64,000 nucleotides of DNA, taken from Ostrea edulis. Its lineage: Eukaryota. Below the pieces are notes generated by a model, which was not told where the DNA came from, ran no database searches, and saw only the letters and a list, made by a program, of their open reading frames with translations. Within the stretch, counting starts at the first letter, position 1; the number at the start of each line of letters is the position of its first letter. The stretch lies in NCBI RefSeq assembly GCF_947568905.1, contig NC_079167.1, positions 80,662,001 to 80,726,000 on the forward strand. Reading direction: 5' to 3'. The position numbers and the translations under genes were made by a program. Positions 58,691 through 64,000 of the stretch are shown in pieces.

Positions 58691-59510
58691 GTACTGGAGA
58701 GAAGTGGAAGAAACAGAGTAAAAACAATATGTTCTTCTATTATGCAAAATCCCTACTGCTCTGTAAACTTACATGCCTTTTCCTTTATTTTAAATTGCAA
58801 ATATTTTATTTTCATTCTGTAATAGTCTGCCTTTGTTAGGTATGCCTCTCTTTCTGTCCGAAGGGTTAAGATCTCTTCATCCTCCATCGTCTTCCGTCTC
58901 TTTGATGTAGATGGTGTTGGCAATGGACCTAAATCAAGTATCTGTGGTATATTAAGACTAATTACTCAGTTAATTTAAAACAAAAACTCCAACTGTTCAA
59001 ATTCGGAACTACTCTGCTGATTGTACCTAGATCTACACTGCACATGAAACTCGGGTAGAGGTAAAGAACCAGAGAATAAATTTCAATAGTATACCCACAG
59101 GCACTTGTTTCTGTAAATAACTTATGACCTCTGACCTCTATATACTAATATACAGAGGTCATATCTCATAAGTTATGTATACATATGTTATAGTACCTAG
59201 TAATTTAAAAAAAATATCATCAAACTGTGAAACTCAACACTGTGTCAATTTCCCCAATGAATAATAGATAGTATTATGTATAAAGGAATATACTTACCTG
59301 ACTGGAGCTTGTAATTGTATTGTACCCGACAGTCACCTTTGCTAAATACCAGCAAAATAGCTTTCTTTCAGACTCGGCATCCATTTTCGTTTTCACAGCA
59401 AGTGTCTTCTGCTTCATCAAGAAAGACAACTCTAGTAGATTTTCCAGTGGTATGAAATGAACAATGGCAGGAGTTGCGTTTCTTGCATTGATAACGTTTC
59501 TAGTCGTTTG

Positions 59511-59947
59511 TAGTGGCGGATTAAGAGGGACTCGGGGACCCTTATAAATTCACATGGCATTAGGGGCGAGACCAAAAGTCCAATGTATGACAAAAAACTA
59601 AATTCACCAAGTTTTTACCAAGACCCTAACCCACCCCTTAAAACCTAAATATGGTGAATGTTGAAACTTATCGATTAACAAGCAAAAACATACGTGAGTA
59701 CAAATAACACTGTATACCCAGTGACGGATTTAGAGGGGGCGCAGCTGGCGCCCCCCCCCCCCCCCCCTTATAAATTCACATGGCATTAGGGGCGAGACCA
59801 AAAGTCCAATGTATGACAAAACACTAAATTCACCAAGTTTTTACCCCTTAAAACCTAAATATGATGAATGTTGAAATTTATCGATCAACAAGCAAAAACA
59901 TACGCGAGTACAAATAACACTATATACCCAGTGGCGGATTTAGAGGG
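59511..59947 (+). repeat. Tandem ~208-210-bp repeats, each starting with a (C/T)AGTG(G/A)CGGATT transposon-like terminus
   Basis: Unit starts at 59511, 59719, 59929; shared body CTTATAAATTCACATGGCATTAGGGGCGAGACC..CAAATAACAC. Confidence 0.85.
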
Positions 59948-62641
59948 TCGAATTTCCTCCATTGTTTACATATAGATTATAGTGCAATATCCTTGACCCA
60001 GACGCCTATGATAAATTCTAATGGAAAAAAAAAATAAATGTGTGTGTGTGTGTGTGTGTGTGTTCGCGCACTATGCCGACACTTACGACACGTATAAGGT
60101 TACACACGAGCAACCTACGACATTTTCAGAACCTACGACACAAAAGTGTGTCGTAGGTTTGGAGACCCCTTGAAATCGGAATTTTTCATCGTGTTTTACC
60201 CAGAAAATACAAAATTTTGTATAGTGTGAGTTTCCGGGTTACACACGACTTTTGTTACACACAACACCGAGCCATAATGGGGTGCTTACACACTTTGCAT
60301 CCTTGCCACATTCTCGCGCATGCGCAATTCAACTTCCTAAGGAAACGAGGTCGAGTGGATGACAATGCAAATGTAAGTGTTTTTGTTTATTTAATTGAAT
60401 ATAAGTAGTCAATTAATGATTTAAAATTGATATTTTTGTTCCCGTCCGTTTAGTTTGAATACATTGGGGTATGTGATGTATCGTTATTCTGCAGTAATGG
60501 TGAGAAAAAGTAAGTTGACCTTTGACACGACTAAGATACAATTAGATGCGTGTAAGCTTAAATAGTTCAATGGTTTTCATTTTCTGTATGTTTTTGTGTT
60601 TGTTTTATATCATCATGATTATCTTCAGTATTTCGGTTTATCATTGATTTGACAAAATGTTTTACAAATACAGAATCAAGGAATAGTTAGAATTTCCTCT
60701 TCAATACAATATCGGTGTACACGTTTTTTTTTAGACATATGAACATCGTTAAAAGCAACAATTCTCTAAATATTAAATGAGAATTGAATTATTATACACA
60801 GTATATTTGTCATTCTTTGATGAATATGCGTATCTTAATGTATAACATTGATATATAACAAACTGACGAACAACTGGAATTTCCTCTTTAGAATATTCTA
60901 TCTTAGCTTGGCAAAATATTTTCAATATTTTCAAAGATATAAACCCCGTTTCAAAGCGACAATATCAAAGAAAATTAAACAAGTACATAGCTCCAAAAAA
61001 TTGGGTCTTTATTACCACTATTTTTGGATATTATTAACTGGTAACCGGTGGATAGCTCCAGCCTCTTTCCCCTTAATAAGGAAGGTGTGGTCAAGCGCGG
61101 TTAAACAAGTTCTTGGGGAAAATATTGTTTACCTTATTTTAAGAAATTGTTTAGATTTCATTTTGTTCCAACATCGACCAGTTGCAAAGATTTTGGGTTA
61201 ATTTATCTGATGGTTGACTTTACGCCATGGCTATAAACAACTTTATATAATATGTTGATTTATAGGCGTTGAAAGAAATTTCCAAATAAAGGGTGTTGAA
61301 ATCAAATGGGACAAGGACATTTAAAGTATGTGCGGTTCAAGTGTCTCTCATCAATATGAATAGAATGAAAAATAAAGTAATTTGTCCCAAAATGAAGTCC
61401 CCCCCCCCCTTTCTTCTCTCCAACCCCATCCCCATTTGTGCATGCAGCTAGATCCAGTGTTTTCATACCAGACCAAATTCATGTTAAATTATCAATGTTT
61501 GTCCTGTTAAGAAGATATACTTTTTAAGTAAATGGAAACTCCAATCTAGTTCACTGAATTTATGAAAAGGCAAGAGCAGATCCGAATTTCTCTCTCTCTC
61601 TCTCTCAGAGTGTTGCCAAATCGGTGTAACTTACATTAAAAAAAATAAAGGGGTTTCGGTCAAGGGCTACCGCTATTTTTAGAGCGACCCTGAACACTAG
61701 CGACAGCGATCACCGCAACACCGGCACCAGAACATGTACAGACTGTTCAATCGAGTGGGGAAGATCCCCAGGGCTTTTTGTAAATTTCATATAAAGTTGC
61801 AGAAATGACATTTTTTATCTTTGTTTATTTTTTTACTTATTCAATTGTAAGAAATCTGATACTATTTATATGTATTTCTAAAAATAAAATTGAAAAAAAA
61901 AATAATAAATCCATTACGAGATTCGAACTGGGTACATGTTATCGTGAGTTTCATAGACATCTCTAACGATTACGTAACAGTGTTTTAATCTTCACACTCT
62001 TGTTATTTCACACTCTCAAATAAATGAAGTTATGTAAATCAATTTTGTGTAGCCTATGTTTCAAAATATTATCTGTATTTTGCACCATTTACAAATGTAA
62101 AATAGTATTGTTAAAAATTCAGAAGTTTTTGAATTTGTCAGCACTTGGAGATTATTTTTCTCGTGCCGTAGACCGACTGAAGAAGAAAAAAAAGGGGTCA
62201 GATTATTTTCTTAGTGCTGTGTTTAAAGTTATGTATTAGTAAGTATAAAATGAGGATATCATTGTTTATAGACATCAGTCAGTGCTGCATATACATGTAT
62301 TACCATTGTCTGTCTGTCTGTTTACCAGTATTTACAGGTATCTGAATTTTTAATCAGCTGTTAATCTGTAAATGGATACAAATAGAAAAATGGGAGGGGG
62401 GATGCATATAGATAGATATATAGTGTATTTATCATCTATTTATAGAGATAGAGTTTTTTCCTTTTATTTATTTATATATATTTATTGATTAAAATACCTG
62501 TGCAGTATAATGAATATTGCCCATGTCTGTTGTAGGGGTAGTGGTAAAATAGTATGATATACATGTATGTATGATATTTTAATAATATTAACAATGAACC
62601 TACATTGTAATATTTTTGCCATAGTGTGTATATGAATTCTA

Positions 62642-62790
62642 GGTATCAGGACAACTCGCCCCCAAGACAACTCGCCCTCAAGACAACTCACCCCCTCATC
62701 GGGACAACTCGCCCCTAAGACAACCCGCCCTCAAGACAACTCGCCCCCTCTTCAGGACAACTCGCCCCCTCTCTTGAGATAATTCGCTCC
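62642..62790 (+). repeat. Cluster of GACAACTCGCCC motifs (probable DNA-transposon subterminal repeats)
   Basis: About seven copies at 14-22-bp spacing; no matching other end in the window. Confidence 0.7.
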
Positions 62791-63579
62791 TACATATCAT
62801 ACATGTTTACAATTATTATTTTTGGTCTAAATCCAAGAGGTGTATTACCAAAAATTAATGAATTTCTTATAGATAGTATATACATCACAGACAATAAGAC
62901 GTGTTCACATTAACACCGAACTTCATGTCTTTTTATGCAAGACGAATGATTTTAGTGGAAATCCAGTGTTTGGGTTCAGTAAATTCATCATCACTTTTAT
63001 GTACATGTAAAATATATAATTTCAGCGGAAACAAGTTAGCGTTTGGTATAGGGAGAGTATTAGCTTGGTCTACAGCTGACGTAGTATAATTATCAATAAT
63101 CTGCGTCTGTTGTTAAATCTAATTGTTTCATTTCCCCCAAGCTGTTATAAATTTACTTCAAACGTTATGAGTTACTCATCATCAGAGTTCTTTACACTTT
63201 GAAATCACCGCGTAAAAAGAATCACACTGCGTAAAAAGAATCAGTAAAGCAAAGCCGTTATAAAATTTCTAAAATGGGAATTTTATTTTTCAACGGGTAT
63301 TAGTTGAGAAATGCATTAAAAGATAATTACATGTGTCAGAATATTCATGCTTCACCTTTACACTTATGTATACTATATCGATAAAAGAAACACCCACACC
63401 CTCAAAATTTTCTCAGTATTAGAGACATTTAATCAATTACCTGAAGATCAGTAAATATAATTTTCCTTGCCAATTGATTTATGAAAAATATAACTTTTTC
63501 TGAAATGCAATAATTAAATATATGTATAATTCTATTAGAATTTACCATTCGTGTTAAAGTATGAAAGAAAAAGACGTAT

Positions 63580-64000
63580 CTTTATAATTGTAATTGTAAT
63601 TAAAAGATTTATATAGCGCCCTATCAACATTAGTTCTCTAAAGCGCTTTACAAATGTGAAAGAAAAGATAATATAAAATCGATGTGCACATACATGTGAA
63701 TAAAATATTCATAGTGTCAGAATTAAAATGCATAAATATTATTAATAATATATAGCGATATGATATGATTACCATAATAACATATGAAACAATTTAAAAC
63801 AACCCTTAGGAATAATTAAATACATAACAAGGACATAGGCATAATAACAAACAGCAGGGGTTTTTTTTTTGGGGGGGGGGGGTGTTTGTTTTTTGTTAAC
63901 AGCACTGTAAGAGCTGTATGTAAGAGCACTAAGTATATAAAAATAATCACAAATTAAAAGCTAATTTAAAGAGATGCATTCTGAGGTCCACTTTAAAATT
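63580..64000 (-). mobile_element. 3' end of an L2/CR1-type LINE running off the window
   Basis: Minus strand TGTAAAGCGCTTTAGAG..GATAGGGCGCTATATAAAATC followed by an (AATTAC)n-like tail, the usual L2-type 3' stem-loop signature. Confidence 0.55.

Noticed and set aside
58745-59380. Minus-strand exon-like pieces (GPLPTPSTSKRRKTMEDEEILTLRTEREAYLTKADYYRMKIKYL; donor at ~59297)
   Set aside because: It resembles a transposon-associated coiled-coil tail, but the upstream piece has a stop in the required frame and no gene could be assembled.

Overview
AT-rich, repeat-dense animal genomic DNA, most likely a bivalve mollusc of the oyster family (inferred from ~166-bp HindIII/Cg170-like satellite units in Helentron-type elements, V-domain-like SINEs and an oyster-type B-box/NHL gene). 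Host genes, assembled by hand from splice sites and mostly missed by the ORF track: the 3' half of a perlucin-like C-type lectin gene (+), two tandem and very divergent GADD45-family genes (-, five coding exons each, both with an intron just downstream of the stop codon), and a single-coding-exon RING-less TRIM/NHL gene (+). The rest is a nested mosaic of transposons: a decayed Ty3/Gypsy element, Penelope-like fragments, CR1/L2-group LINEs, a full-length RTE LINE, Harbinger, MULE-like and hAT-like elements, Helentron-type elements, SINEs, hairpin MITEs and several minisatellites. Most notable observations: (1) an HDV-like ribozyme fold whose predicted cleavage site is exactly the 5' end of the TSD-bounded RTE; (2) a young LINE flanked by ~820-bp near-identical direct repeats, resembling a giant target-site duplication; (3) a 2.8-kb minisatellite whose monomer is a MITE terminus plus adjacent flank; (4) a tail-to-tail pair of Penelope-type pseudo-LTR fragments carrying minimal hammerhead ribozymes; (5) a SINE subfamily with a structured non-tRNA 5' head of unknown function; (6) a 3'-UTR intron conserved in both GADD45 paralogues. 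All folds, alignments and family names come from reading the sequence by eye; no searches or folding programs were run.
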